Origin: a virus
Length of the DNA stretch: 40,350 nt
IMG/VR virus record: IMGVR_UViG_3300045988_141150
Direction: 5' to 3' (one strand)
Made by a program: the position numbers and the translations under genes. The notes below the pieces were generated by a model. It had not been told where the DNA came from. It saw only the letters and a list, made by a program, of their open reading frames with translations, and did no database searches. Positions 28,282 to 38,642 of this stretch are shown piece by piece (the stretch's first letter is position 1; each line of letters opens with the position of its first letter).

Positions 28282-28576
28282 AGAAATGAAAAGACAAATT
28301 CAACACTTAGATGATACTTTTGATCCTTCTAATGTTGGAGATTATAAAGATTTATTATATGTAATCTATTTAAATTGGATTGAAAATAATGGAGAAAACG
28401 AAGAAGTCAATTCTCTTATTAACAATTTAATTAAAAGAATTATTGATTCTAGCATTAATGATAATAATAATTGTGATAATTGTAATGAAGATGAAGATCC
28501 TAATATGAGTGAAGATTATTTAATTTATCGCCATTTCTTAGGATATAAAATTCCTGGCTATTGGCGTAATCATTAA
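28274..28576 (+). CDS. Small acidic protein of 100 aa. It could be an accessory protein or a precursor.
   Basis: ATG lies in the frame of track ORF 28193..28576 and overlaps the upstream TGA. Confidence 0.45.
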   Translation: MIEEMKRQIQHLDDTFDPSNVGDYKDLLYVIYLNWIENNGENEEVNSLINNLIKRIIDSSINDNNNCDNCNEDEDPNMSEDYLIYRHFLGYKIPGYWRNH

Positions 28577-29157
28577 TGTTAATTAATTTATATAATGCTC
28601 GTCAAACTTTATTAAGATCAGTAAAGTTTGACGAGCGTGAATGCGATGATATTGTTTTTGGATTAAATTTTCCAAAAGAAATTACTTTTTGCAAAATTGT
28701 AAATAATTCAAATGATATAGAATATTCTTCATTAAATTATCTATATAGTCAATTAAAAGATTTAGAATATAAAGATATAAAAATTATTGAATTAGTTTTT
28801 AATCAAAAACAAAAATTTACGTTTGAATCTACAGTAAAATCTATTTTTTATAGAACAATGTTATATTCAAGTTAGGGACAATTGGAATTTAAATTATATT
28901 TAACTTTACGATTTGAAGAAGAACATCCAATTATTTACGATAAAGAAGAATAGATTTTAAAGTGTGACAAAAATTGTAAACAGTTAAATAGAAAAATACA
29001 TCGTTGTGAATTTTTTCATAGTGATTTAAATGATATAAATGAAATTTGTACGGAATGTTTTTTGTAGGAAAGAGATAACCAAATAAAAGAATTGGTTAAT
29101 TATAATAGAGATATTATAAATGTTTTGGAGAATAAATATGGAAATAGATAGAACTAA
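28576..29157 (+). CDS. Hypothetical Cys-containing protein of about 193 codons with four in-frame TAG.
   Basis: It extends track ORF 28576..28875 through TAG codons to a TAA at about 29155. Confidence 0.4.
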
Positions 29158-31216
29158 AAATTATCAAGGGATTCCTCCTTATACTAATCCAATATGGAAA
29201 TCGGTTTATGATGGTGTTAGTTTAGAAATGCATATTGTAGATCATTGTAATCTTAATTGCGCAGGATGTAATCATTTTTCCCCTTTAGCAGAACCTTGGT
29301 ATATTGATTTAGATGATTTCCGTGATCAGATTACTTTTGCTTATAAAAAAATTCCAAATATAAAACTTTTTATGATTTTAGGTGGAGAACCTACTTTGCA
29401 TCCAAAATTATTTGAAATATGTTAGATTGCTAGAGAAGTTTTCCCAAAAAATAAAGTAGAAATTAAAATATTAAGCAATGGGTGTCATTTACAAGATGCT
29501 TTTAAACATGAGAAAGAATATCAAGATATGGGAGTAATATTTGATATTACTACTTATGGGAAATATACTGATCATAAAGCGGTAGAATATTTAGACAGTC
29601 ATGGTTTAGGTTTTAATCATAATTCAAGATTATTTATGCGACAATAGCTTGTAAATGAAGCAGGAACTACTGATATAAATGAAGTATATTTTCATAAATG
29701 CCCGCATTAGTTACCTTGTTTTACTTTAAAAAATTATAAAATTTATATATGTCCTTTTTCTGCACATTTGGATATTTATAGAAAAAAATATAATGTAAAT
29801 ATTCCAGAAGATGAAAGTGATTATTTGCGATTAGAGGATATAAATAATTTAGATGATTTACATAATTTTATTTTTAAGCCTAAAAATATTTGTAGATATT
29901 GCGATGGAACTATGTCTAAAGCCTCTTGGATTTGGCACAAATATTATGATACAAAATCGGAATTTATAGTTCCAATGGAAGATGCTTATTTTAGAGATTA
30001 TGATTTTTATTTAAAATTAGTTAATGATAAAGAAAATTTTTTAGAAAATTATTAGTTATTTAAAGAAAACAGATGCCCAATTGAATTTAGATATAATACT
30101 TATTATTTAAAAAAATGTTTTACTCGTTTTATTGATGGAAAAATGGATATTATAATACCTTATTATAATATGAATGATTAGCAAATTATTAATTTGTATA
30201 ATAATTTATCTACCCAAACAATTATAAAAGATTGTTGTGTATATTTTATTAGCGACCATTCTTTCTATGATAAAAAACTTATTGAGATATTTGATGAAGC
30301 GAGTTTTCCTTGTTTCTTTTTTAAGAATTTAAAACGAAAAGGACCAGGTCTAACTCGTAATTTAGGATTAGAATATTCTTTTAATAAATATGTGTTATTT
30401 TGGGATTCTGATGATTTATTCCCAAATGATAATGTTTTAGAAATTTTATATAATTCAATAAAACATAATGAGAAAGATTTTGGAGTATTTAAAATAGCTA
30501 ATACTGATAAATCAGTTGAAAAGATTAATTTAATTCTTAAAAGAGATTTTCTTAATAAAAATAATATAAAATATTCAAAATTTTTCTTTGGAGAAGACAG
30601 TATTTTCTTGGATAGATGTGATATTTATGGTGAATCTTATGAGTTAGAAGACTAGAATTTAGGTCTTTATATAACTTAGTTAGAAGACAATCCTAATTGT
30701 TTATCTCATTCTAATTCTAACATGGTAATTACAGCATATATTAATAAAATAATTGTATTTTTTGCTAATTTTATTGATGTTTTGAAATTAGAAAATATTG
30801 ATGAAAATCGTAAACAAAGTACTTTAAGACGGAATCTTTATAGAATTATTAATGAAATAAAATCAATAAGTGATTTAGATTCTTCTTTTTATGGATATGA
30901 AAATAATTATTTTTTAGAAAAAATTCTTCTTTTAATTTATTATATTTTATATACTATGTATAATTTATATAGTAACAAAGAAGATTTTAATAATATTCCC
31001 AATTTGTGTAATTTAGATAAACAAATTATAGAAGATATCAAAAGTTAGAAAATTAAATTTAGTCTTCTAAGAGGAGAATGTATAACTAATTTTGATGATA
31101 TTAAAAATGAAATTTATCCATTGTTAAATTATCTTAACAATGAATTATGCTATGTGCCTACTTATGAATGGTTTCTGAATTATTTAGATGGAAAAGGAGA
31201 GAGTATTTATGATTGA
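29138..31216 (+). CDS. Continuous 692-codon frame with 9 in-frame TAG and no TAA or TGA. It has an N-terminal radical SAM domain (CNLNCAGCNH, GGEPTLHP and a C-terminal CRYCDG) and a central GT2 glycosyltransferase domain (IIIPYYN...GPGLTRNLG...FWDSDD). It is one fusion protein or two to three cistrons.
   Basis: Track ORFs 29120..29425, 29768..30055, 30194..30655 and 30722..31048 all share one frame and are separated only by TAG. The frame ends at a TGA at 31214. Confidence 0.5.
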
Positions 31217-31391
31217 AACTTATCAAGAATATAAAGAAAAAGTTTATTTTCTTCTAAATAATTTTTTAGATTTTACTAAAGGAGATAAACCTTATTTATT
31301 TAATATGCCTTCAAAATTAGGCAATCTTCCTAATCTAAATGAATATTTATATTTTTGTTTTAATAAATCTGATGCAGGAGAAAATAAATGA
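31209..31391 (+). CDS. Small protein of 60 aa.
   Basis: ATG follows an AAAGGAGAGAG RBS, in the frame of track ORF 31188..31391. It ends in TGA. Confidence 0.45.
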   Translation: MIETYQEYKEKVYFLLNNFLDFTKGDKPYLFNMPSKLGNLPNLNEYLYFCFNKSDAGENK

Positions 31392-31930
31392 GGTTTACTG
31401 ATTATCATTTTGGATAGGCAGAGTCTGACTTTTGGACTTTATTAAAAGAATTTCTATTAAGGTTTGATCCCAATAGTATTTATGATTTTTGGATTTTATT
31501 TATTTATTTTTAGTTAGGTATTATTAGAAAAGATAGATTTATCATTTATTAGGTATAGTATATTTTAAAAGAAAAAATAGATTTTGAAGAAATTAATGAA
31601 GTAAATTTTAATACAATTATTCCAATAGAAAAGATAAATTTATCTAGTTTAAAAGATTGTATTTGGATAAGCTATTGGATTTGTTAGTATAATTATTAGA
31701 ATGATGAAAATTTAATTTTAATTTATAGTGAGAAAATATTTAATAATCTTACTAATATTTTTGAGCCGGATATTGTTATAGATATTCCAATAGTGTAGTA
31801 GAGTAATAAAATATGTAAAATGTGCGGTTTAGAGTCTAAATCTAATGGATAGAATATACCATTTTTTAAAATAAATGATAATAAATATTTATGTCCTAAT
31901 TGTTATTATTTATTAAAATTAAATGAATAA
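31388..31930 (+). CDS. Hypothetical protein of 180 codons with a C-terminal CxxC...CxxC zinc ribbon. It has about 10 in-frame TAG.
   Basis: ATG overlaps the upstream TGA. The frame is free of TAA and TGA for 543 nt in a region of about 25% GC. It is invisible to the standard-code track. Confidence 0.4.
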
Positions 31931-32023
31931 TTATTAAAACCTACTTTTATAGTAGGTTTTAATTGATTTTTAATAAAAAATAATGTATTATAATTATAAG
32001 ATAAATGAAAAGGGTGTGTTTAT

Positions 32024-33808
32024 GTGAATAATTATAATCAACATTATAAAGAAATAAGTCCTATTGAGACTGTTAATAATATTAAAAATTTTTTAGAAGG
32101 ACGCGGATTTACTTGTGTTGAGGAAGCTTTACGACAAGAACAATCAACTACTTGGAGTCTTGTATTAAATCTTGAATACAAAGGACATTTTGTGCTAAAA
32201 ACTTATGGCAAAGGTGTTACAAAAGAATTCGCCAGAGCTTCTGGTTATGCGGAAATGTATGAGCGTTTTTGTAATGGAATGCACTATCTTTGTAATTCTT
32301 TTCTTTGTGCGGAAAAAATTGAATTAAATAGAAAAAATTATGGTTATTCTTTGTTTAAAAATGAAAAGCCTTTAAGTTATAAAGAGGCACTTGGAGGAGA
32401 AGATACTCTTTTATATAAACTTTTTGATCGTTTGAATAAGAAAGATAATGGTTTATTAGAGGATTATTTTAAAACTATTTATAATAATGAATTTTTTGGA
32501 ATACCATTTAAAGGAGTCAACATTAATAAAACTTTATATATGGATCCTCGTCTTCTTCAACGTTATCATGGTAGTTCGGGAATGGCAGCCGGCAATACTT
32601 TTAATGAAGCCTTAAATCAAGGTTTATCTGAAATTTTCGAGCATTATGTTTTAAGTAATTTTTATATTGATATTGATAATAAAGATTTTTATTTTTATGA
32701 TACAGATAGTATTAAAGATGAAAAATTAAAAAATATTATTAGTGCGATTAAATCTCATAATAATAACTTTTATATTATTGATATGTCAAGAACTTATAAT
32801 GTGCCTGTTATGGTAGCAATTTTGATTAATAAATATAGTGGTACTGTAGCTATTAATTTTGGTGCTTTCCCTGTATTTGAAATTGCAGTTGAGCGAGTTT
32901 GTACTGAAATGTATCAAAATTGTTTTTCTTTTGATACAAGAAAAACTTCAGTTGTATCTCCGTATTATTCTTTAGATAAAGAAGATATGGTTATAGATGG
33001 CGGTTCTTGTATTACAAATCTTAATACTTTTCCTGAGAGTTTATTCTTGAATAAGAAATTTGTAAATACTATTAATAAAGATGTATTTTTATCTTATACT
33101 GATAAAAATTACTCTAATGATGAAATCTTAGAGCATAATAAAAAGATTGCTACTAATATTGGAGCAGATATTTATTGTGCTGATGTATCTTTAATTGATA
33201 CCGTATCTGCGATTAGTATTTATGTTGATAATCTTGACGGGCTATGGAAATCTTTCTTTGATAGATGCCAAGGAGTTAAAGAAACTGGAGAAGCAATTAC
33301 TATAACTAAAAATAAACATTTGGCCATTAAAAACTATTTAAATAATAAAGATAAAGTATATGATGTAATTAAATATTGTCTTGATTATTATAATATTACT
33401 TTTGACAAAATTGTAGATAGATTTTGTGGTTTACTTACTCATGGAGATCAATTAGTTGCTTATAATAATAAAAATATATTATTAACACCTAATGAGATGT
33501 TTGTTAAAAACCTTTATATGGATGCAACAGGATATTTATTAGAAGATGAAGGATTTTCTTTAGATATTTCAGTTAGTTGTTTTTATACTTATTATAAAAA
33601 ATATTTAACTTTATTAGCATATGTTCACAGTAGAAAATATACTAAAGAAGATATGATTAAAATTTTCAAAGAATTTGATTATACTTTTACTGATGAAGAT
33701 TTTAAACATATTACGGATAGAAAATATTTAGTAGAAAAATGTATTTTAGAGCCTATGTATAATACATTTAGAAGCAATGATTTTAAAGAAATGATTAAAA
33801 ATTATTAA
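32024..33808 (+). CDS. YcaO-domain protein of 594 aa.
   Basis: HGSSGMAAGNTFNEALNQGLSEIFEHY matches the YcaO ATP-binding signature, which has the form xGSNGLAsGNTxxEAxxQGLxExxER. The ORF is in the track and has no TAG. Confidence 0.65.
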   Translation: MNNYNQHYKEISPIETVNNIKNFLEGRGFTCVEEALRQEQSTTWSLVLNLEYKGHFVLKTYGKGVTKEFARASGYAEMYERFCNGMHYLCNSFLCAEKIELNRKNYGYSLFKNEKPLSYKEALGGEDTLLYKLFDRLNKKDNGLLEDYFKTIYNNEFFGIPFKGVNINKTLYMDPRLLQRYHGSSGMAAGNTFNEALNQGLSEIFEHYVLSNFYIDIDNKDFYFYDTDSIKDEKLKNIISAIKSHNNNFYIIDMSRTYNVPVMVAILINKYSGTVAINFGAFPVFEIAVERVCTEMYQNCFSFDTRKTSVVSPYYSLDKEDMVIDGGSCITNLNTFPESLFLNKKFVNTINKDVFLSYTDKNYSNDEILEHNKKIATNIGADIYCADVSLIDTVSAISIYVDNLDGLWKSFFDRCQGVKETGEAITITKNKHLAIKNYLNNKDKVYDVIKYCLDYYNITFDKIVDRFCGLLTHGDQLVAYNNKNILLTPNEMFVKNLYMDATGYLLEDEGFSLDISVSCFYTYYKKYLTLLAYVHSRKYTKEDMIKIFKEFDYTFTDEDFKHITDRKYLVEKCILEPMYNTFRSNDFKEMIKNY

Positions 33809-33819
33809 TAGGAGATTAT

Positions 33820-34698
33820 ATGAATATTAATTTTAATTGCCCTGAATTTTACTATGGGATTGAAGTATATGATAAACTTTTTGAATTACAAGAAATTGCT
33901 CCAGAAGCATTTTATCCAGAAGCCAAGGTAAAGTATATATATGGCTGTCTTCCTAATATGATTTGGAATGGTGGCGGATTTATGGATGGACGTCCAGAGC
34001 ATAATATTGATTATCTTTGCGCAATGCGTGATTTTTATGAAAAAAATAATATTATTTTACGTTTTACATTGACAAATCCGCTTTTAGAAGAAACTGACGT
34101 TTATGATAGATACTGTAATGAAATGTTAAAACTTTTTGATAATGGTATTAATGAAATTATTGTTAATTCTCCTATTCTTGAGCGCTATCTTCGAGACAAA
34201 TTTCCTAATTATAAGTTGACTAAAAGTATTACGGCAGCAAAAGAAGATTATGATTTTGTAAAAGCTCTTGATAATTATGAAAGCATTGTCCTTCCTCGTC
34301 GTCACAATAGAAATTGGGAACTTCTTGATTCTATTCCAAAAGATAAAAGAGAGAAAATTGAAATTCTTGCTGATGAAAGTTGTCCTATTGATTGTCCTCG
34401 TCTTTATACTCATTACAATGTTTTTGCAAATTTTAGTTTGTTTAAAAAAATTGATGACTCTCAGCGTAATTGTACTACTATGAAAAATAATGGCGCAGTT
34501 TTTCCTGAAATTGATAATAAAGATATGATTTATATGGATGAAATTTTAAATACTTATTTACCAAAAGGATATAATAATTTTAAGATTTCTGGGCGCAATT
34601 GCGCTGACCATTGTGCAAAATCTATTACTCCGTATTTTTTTAAACCAGAATATCAATTAGAAGGTTTTTGCGAGTTGCTCGATATTGGTTTGAGTTGA
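33820..34698 (+). CDS. Hypothetical protein of 292 aa, possibly a partner of the YcaO protein.
   Basis: The ORF is in the track. It begins 12 nt after the YcaO stop and has several Cys pairs. Confidence 0.5.
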   Translation: MNINFNCPEFYYGIEVYDKLFELQEIAPEAFYPEAKVKYIYGCLPNMIWNGGGFMDGRPEHNIDYLCAMRDFYEKNNIILRFTLTNPLLEETDVYDRYCNEMLKLFDNGINEIIVNSPILERYLRDKFPNYKLTKSITAAKEDYDFVKALDNYESIVLPRRHNRNWELLDSIPKDKREKIEILADESCPIDCPRLYTHYNVFANFSLFKKIDDSQRNCTTMKNNGAVFPEIDNKDMIYMDEILNTYLPKGYNNFKISGRNCADHCAKSITPYFFKPEYQLEGFCELLDIGLS

Positions 34699-34702
34699 TT
34701 TT

Positions 34703-34741
34703 AACTCCTTACTATTTTATTTAGTAAGGAGTTTTTTTTTT
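34703..34741 (+). terminator. Rho-independent terminator.
   Basis: Hairpin AACTCCTTACTA-N7-TAGTAAGGAGTT followed by a run of ten T. Confidence 0.75.
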
Positions 34742-34822
34742 ATTTAACCAGATTAAATTAATGACTTCTTATAAATTTTTAAATTTTATAGAAATAATAA
34801 AATTTATAAGGAGGTCATTTAA

Positions 34823-35377
34823 ATGGCAATTCCAAAAGCAATAGAACATATGCGTAGTGGAAGTGGCGGTTTAGAAATTATTCCAATTATTTCTACTGAT
34901 GGATTAACTTACACAGGAACCGCAAAATCTATTAAAGAATATAAAGACGGAATGATTATTGGTCTTATTCCAAATATGAATAATATTGCGACAAATCCAA
35001 TTACTAATATAACGATAAATATAAATAATTTAGGAGCATTAAAATTAACTCAATATTATATTAAAAAAGAACATTCTAATAATGGATTAGGGTGTTGGCA
35101 CAGCAATACTGCTGTAGAAGCCAATTTTTTATATAAAGATGAAGCTTTTATTGGATAGATACAATTAGGGTCATCTAGTGGTGATTATATTTTACCTATT
35201 AATCCAGGATTAGACTTAGCTTAGATTACTAATGGTTCTATTGGGTCTAATTTGTCTGTCACTGCTAATTCTTCTTATTTAAACAATAATATTTTAAGAA
35301 ATATTAAAGTATCTACTTCTGCTCCCACCGCTTCAGACGGAAATGTTGGAGATATTTGGATTTAGTATTTCACTTAA
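34823..35377 (+). CDS. Putative virion or tail protein of 184 codons with three in-frame TAG.
   Basis: Track ORF 34823..35158 continues in frame through TAG to a TAA at 35375. An AAGGAGGTCATTTAA RBS lies upstream. Confidence 0.45.
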
Positions 35378-35393
35378 TAGAGGAGGAATTTAA

Positions 35394-36809
35394 ATGCCAA
35401 ATACTTATAATCCTTCTGGAACTTCTATAACAGATTATTCTTCTATTAAATTTATTCCAGGAGATATTATTAATAGTAGCTATTCAGGAGCGGTAAATCC
35501 AGTAAAACTTCCAACGGGAAATTATCAATTAGAATGTTGGGGTGGCTATGGTGGAATTGGTTATTCTGGTTCTTTAACTTCATCAACAACAACTTCATGG
35601 ATATATATAGGAACTAATAATGCAACTAGTTATTTTAGCATTAATAATGATTCAAATTATTATTTCCGTCAAGATGGAAATGACTGGATAGCTACAAATG
35701 GCGGTATACATTCAAGTACTGCAACCACTACATTAACTTGTACTTCTGCGGGAACTTACAAGATTTATTATTATTATCAGACTGAAGTAAATTGTGATAA
35801 AGTTACTTTAACTGTTGGAGGATCAACGGTTTTAAATGCCGTATCGGGGTCATAGTCTTTAACTGAAGCTGGTAGCTATTCTTTATCATCAGGGTCTACT
35901 ATTGTAATGACTTATTCTAAAGATAGTTCAGTAAATGCCGACAATGAAGAAGTTTATTTTTAGATTTAGAAATAGGAGAGTAATACTACTTATACTCCCA
36001 CAAGTTCAAAAAATAGTTATTGGGGTGGAGCAGGAGGATATTCTACAGGAATTCTTTCTTTATCAGCCCCTACTGTTATCTATTTGTATACAGGAGGTTA
36101 GGGTAATTATTCAAGTAATAGTGAAAAAGGAAAAGTAGTTAGTGGCGGATTTAACGGAGGAGGTAGCTCTAGAATCAGATGGTATACTTCTGCTTATACA
36201 TCAGGAGGTGGCGGAGGTGGCGCTTCCGATGTTCGTATAGGCCAAGACTCTCTTTACGCCCGTGTAATTGTTGCTGGCGGTGGTGGCGGTGGCGCAGGAG
36301 AAAGCAATTCTTCTATTAAATAGGGCGGTGGATTAACTGGTAATTCTGCTGTTGAAGAATATAAAGCTACGTAGACTAAAGCCGGAACAAATGGATCTTT
36401 TGGCCAAGGGGCTGATGCTAGTGGATCTGCCAATTATAATTATGGTCCCGGTGGTGGTGGTGGAGGCTGGTACGGTGGTGGTGCTTCTACTAATGTTAGT
36501 GACAGTTCCGCCGATTATAGAACTTATAATGGCGGAGGTTCTGGCTATGTATATACTTCATCAACTGCCTCTAATTATCCTTCTGGCTGTTTGTTAAATA
36601 GTAATTATTATTTAACAAATGCTTCTACTGCTATAGGATATAGTAAAACCAATCCAGGAGGGCAACATGGGTATATTCGTATTACAGTATTATCTCCATT
36701 AAATGTAAAAATTAATCCTAACACCTATGCTCCTATTAAAGCAATATATACAAAAATAGATAACACAACTTGGAAAGGAGGAATGACTACATGGCAACCT
36801 ATGACTTAA
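35394..36809 (+). CDS. Glycine-rich tail-fibre-like protein of 471 codons with 7 in-frame TAG.
   Basis: Track ORFs 35394..35855, 36352..., and 36591..36809 share one frame. The N-terminus contains LPTGNYQLECWGGYGG. The C-terminus contains SGYVYTSSTASNYPSGCLLNS...GYIRITV. Confidence 0.55.
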
Positions 36810-38128
36810 CTTCTTCGATTCCTTCTTCTTCTTCTTTAAGAACGGGGGATATATTAAATTGTCCTTATAGTGGATCTGCTAAATCAATTACTCTTCCAAA
36901 AGGCACTTATAAATTAGAATGTTGGGGAGCACAAGGTGGAAATGCAGGTTATTATAGTTATGTTCATTCAACCCCTAATGGAGGAAAAGGTGGATACTCT
37001 ACTGGTGTAATCACTTTATCTTCAAGTGTTATAGTATATCTTTATACCGGAGGACAAGGAGGAAGTACTATCGGGAATAAGCTAGACTAGAATTCAGTAG
37101 CTACAGCACCTGGTGGATTTAATGGAGGTGGCATCGCTAATCAAATGGGAGCCGCTGGTGGTGGTGGAGCTTCTGATATTCGCATAGGCCAAGATTCTCT
37201 CTATGCTCGTATAATCGTCGCTGGAGGCGGTGGTGGTGGAGGCAATGCGAGTAGTTCTACTTTATTATCTTGTGGCGGAAATGGTGGAGGAACTACTGGT
37301 GGAACTCCACCTAATTAGCACAATAATAGAACCCCAGGAAAAGGAGGAACTCAAACTGGAATAACAGCTAGTCGTTCATCATCAATTTCTGCGGGATTTG
37401 GTAATGGAGCTGGTGGTACGGGAGAAAATCTTCGTGGAGCCGGTGGCGGTGGCTGGTATGGTGGAACTATGGGTGAAAATTCAACTGGCGGAGGTGGAGG
37501 TTCTGGTTATGTATATACTTCCTCAACTGCTTCTAATTATCCATCTGGTTGCTTATTGAATAGCACTCATTATCTTAGTTCTGCTTCTACAATAGCTGGC
37601 GACACTTCATTCACTTCTCCAACAGGGTCATCTGAAACAGGTCATAGCGGAAACGGGTATATAAGAATTACTATTTAGTCTATTGTTAACTGGGCTTATT
37701 CTACTGTATCAATTCCTGCTCCTACTTATAGTAAATAGGATACTTCTTCTTGGACTTTATCTCCGAGTGCTTGCAGGTATTTTTCTTTTACCCCTACTAT
37801 TTCAGGAGATTTTATTGTTTATTCCAATTCTTCAATAGATACTTTTGGCTATTTAACATCAAATATTGTTTCTCTTAATAGTAGTGGATAGCCTTCTTCT
37901 AATATTTTAGCTAGTGATGATGATTAGGCAAAAAAATATGGTGGATCTGGAAGTAATTTTGGTATTTGTTATAAAGTTACTGCTGGAACTACTTATTATA
38001 TATATGTTAAGCCTTATCGTGATAGTACAGCAAATAGTTCAGTATATTTAACTTATTATATGGCTCATCCTGACAGTAGAGTATATGTAAAAACAGATAG
38101 TACAACATGGAAATTAATAACCAATTAA
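36791..38128 (+). CDS. Glycine-rich tail-fibre-like protein of 445 codons with about 8 in-frame TAG. It is a paralogue of the gene at 35394..36809.
   Basis: It shares LPKGTYKLECWGAQGG, SDIRIGQDSLYARIIVAGGGGGG and SGYVYTSSTASNYPSGCLLNS...GNGYIRITI with the upstream gene. It ends at a TAA at 38126. Confidence 0.55.
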
Positions 38129-38136
38129 AAAATTTT

Positions 38137-38165
38137 TTGACATTTTAAAAAAAATAATATATAAT
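38137..38165 (+). promoter_or_regulatory. Family-A promoter: TTGACA, a 17-nt spacer, TATAAT.
   Basis: It matches the motif. It drives the tRNA-Trp region. Confidence 0.6.
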
Positions 38166-38299
38166 ATATTTATAAAATAAAGAAAGACCTTTACAGCAAA
38201 AATAACTTCCAGAATAAACTAATGATTAAGTCATAATCCTTTAAGATTAAAATAATGGTTCAACTCCATTTTCCGGACAAAGTTAAGGTCTTGTTTTTA

Positions 38300-38374
38300 T
38301 AGGCGTCTGGTGTAACGGTAGCATGCGGGTCTCCAAAACCTTGCGGTGTGGGTTCGAATCCTACGACGCCTGCC
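38300..38374 (+). tRNA. tRNA-Trp with anticodon CCA.
   Basis: Acceptor stem AGGCGTC pairs with GACGCCT over 7 bp. The T arm is GTGGG-TTCGAAT-CCTAC. The anticodon loop is CTCCAAA. The discriminator is G and CCA is encoded. Confidence 0.7.
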
Positions 38375-38396
38375 ATTTTAGACAAAAAGAACTTTT

Positions 38397-38425
38397 TTGA
38401 TTTTATTAAAAATATATAATATAAT
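38397..38425 (+). promoter_or_regulatory. Family-A promoter.
   Basis: TTGATT, a 17-nt spacer, TATAAT. Confidence 0.6.
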
Positions 38426-38459
38426 ATATATAGAAAGTTGAGAAAGGAGAAAATAAATA

Positions 38460-38642
38460 ATGAATATTGAAGTTGGTAATTCTTATTGTTTTGTCCCTTA
38501 TCGTGGTCGTTGTTATCGTAGACAGTATCTTAAATGTACTGTTATTCGAGTATTAAATTATCAGATTGAAGTCCTTGATGAGCATGGTGAAAAATGGCTT
38601 CTTTCAGAAGATGATTTAATGCCAATTCAAAGACCTTATTGA
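38460..38642 (+). CDS. Small hypothetical protein of 60 aa.
   Basis: The ORF is in the track, with an AAAGGAGAAAAT RBS, and sits between two promoter copies. Confidence 0.45.
   Translation: MNIEVGNSYCFVPYRGRCYRRQYLKCTVIRVLNYQIEVLDEHGEKWLLSEDDLMPIQRPY

Noticed and set aside
38190-38296. An additional tRNA upstream of tRNA-Trp, with the T-arm-like motif AATGG-TTCAACT-CCATT.
   Set aside because: The acceptor pairing is only 6 of 7 and I could not form D or anticodon arms. I treat it as a leader or remnant.
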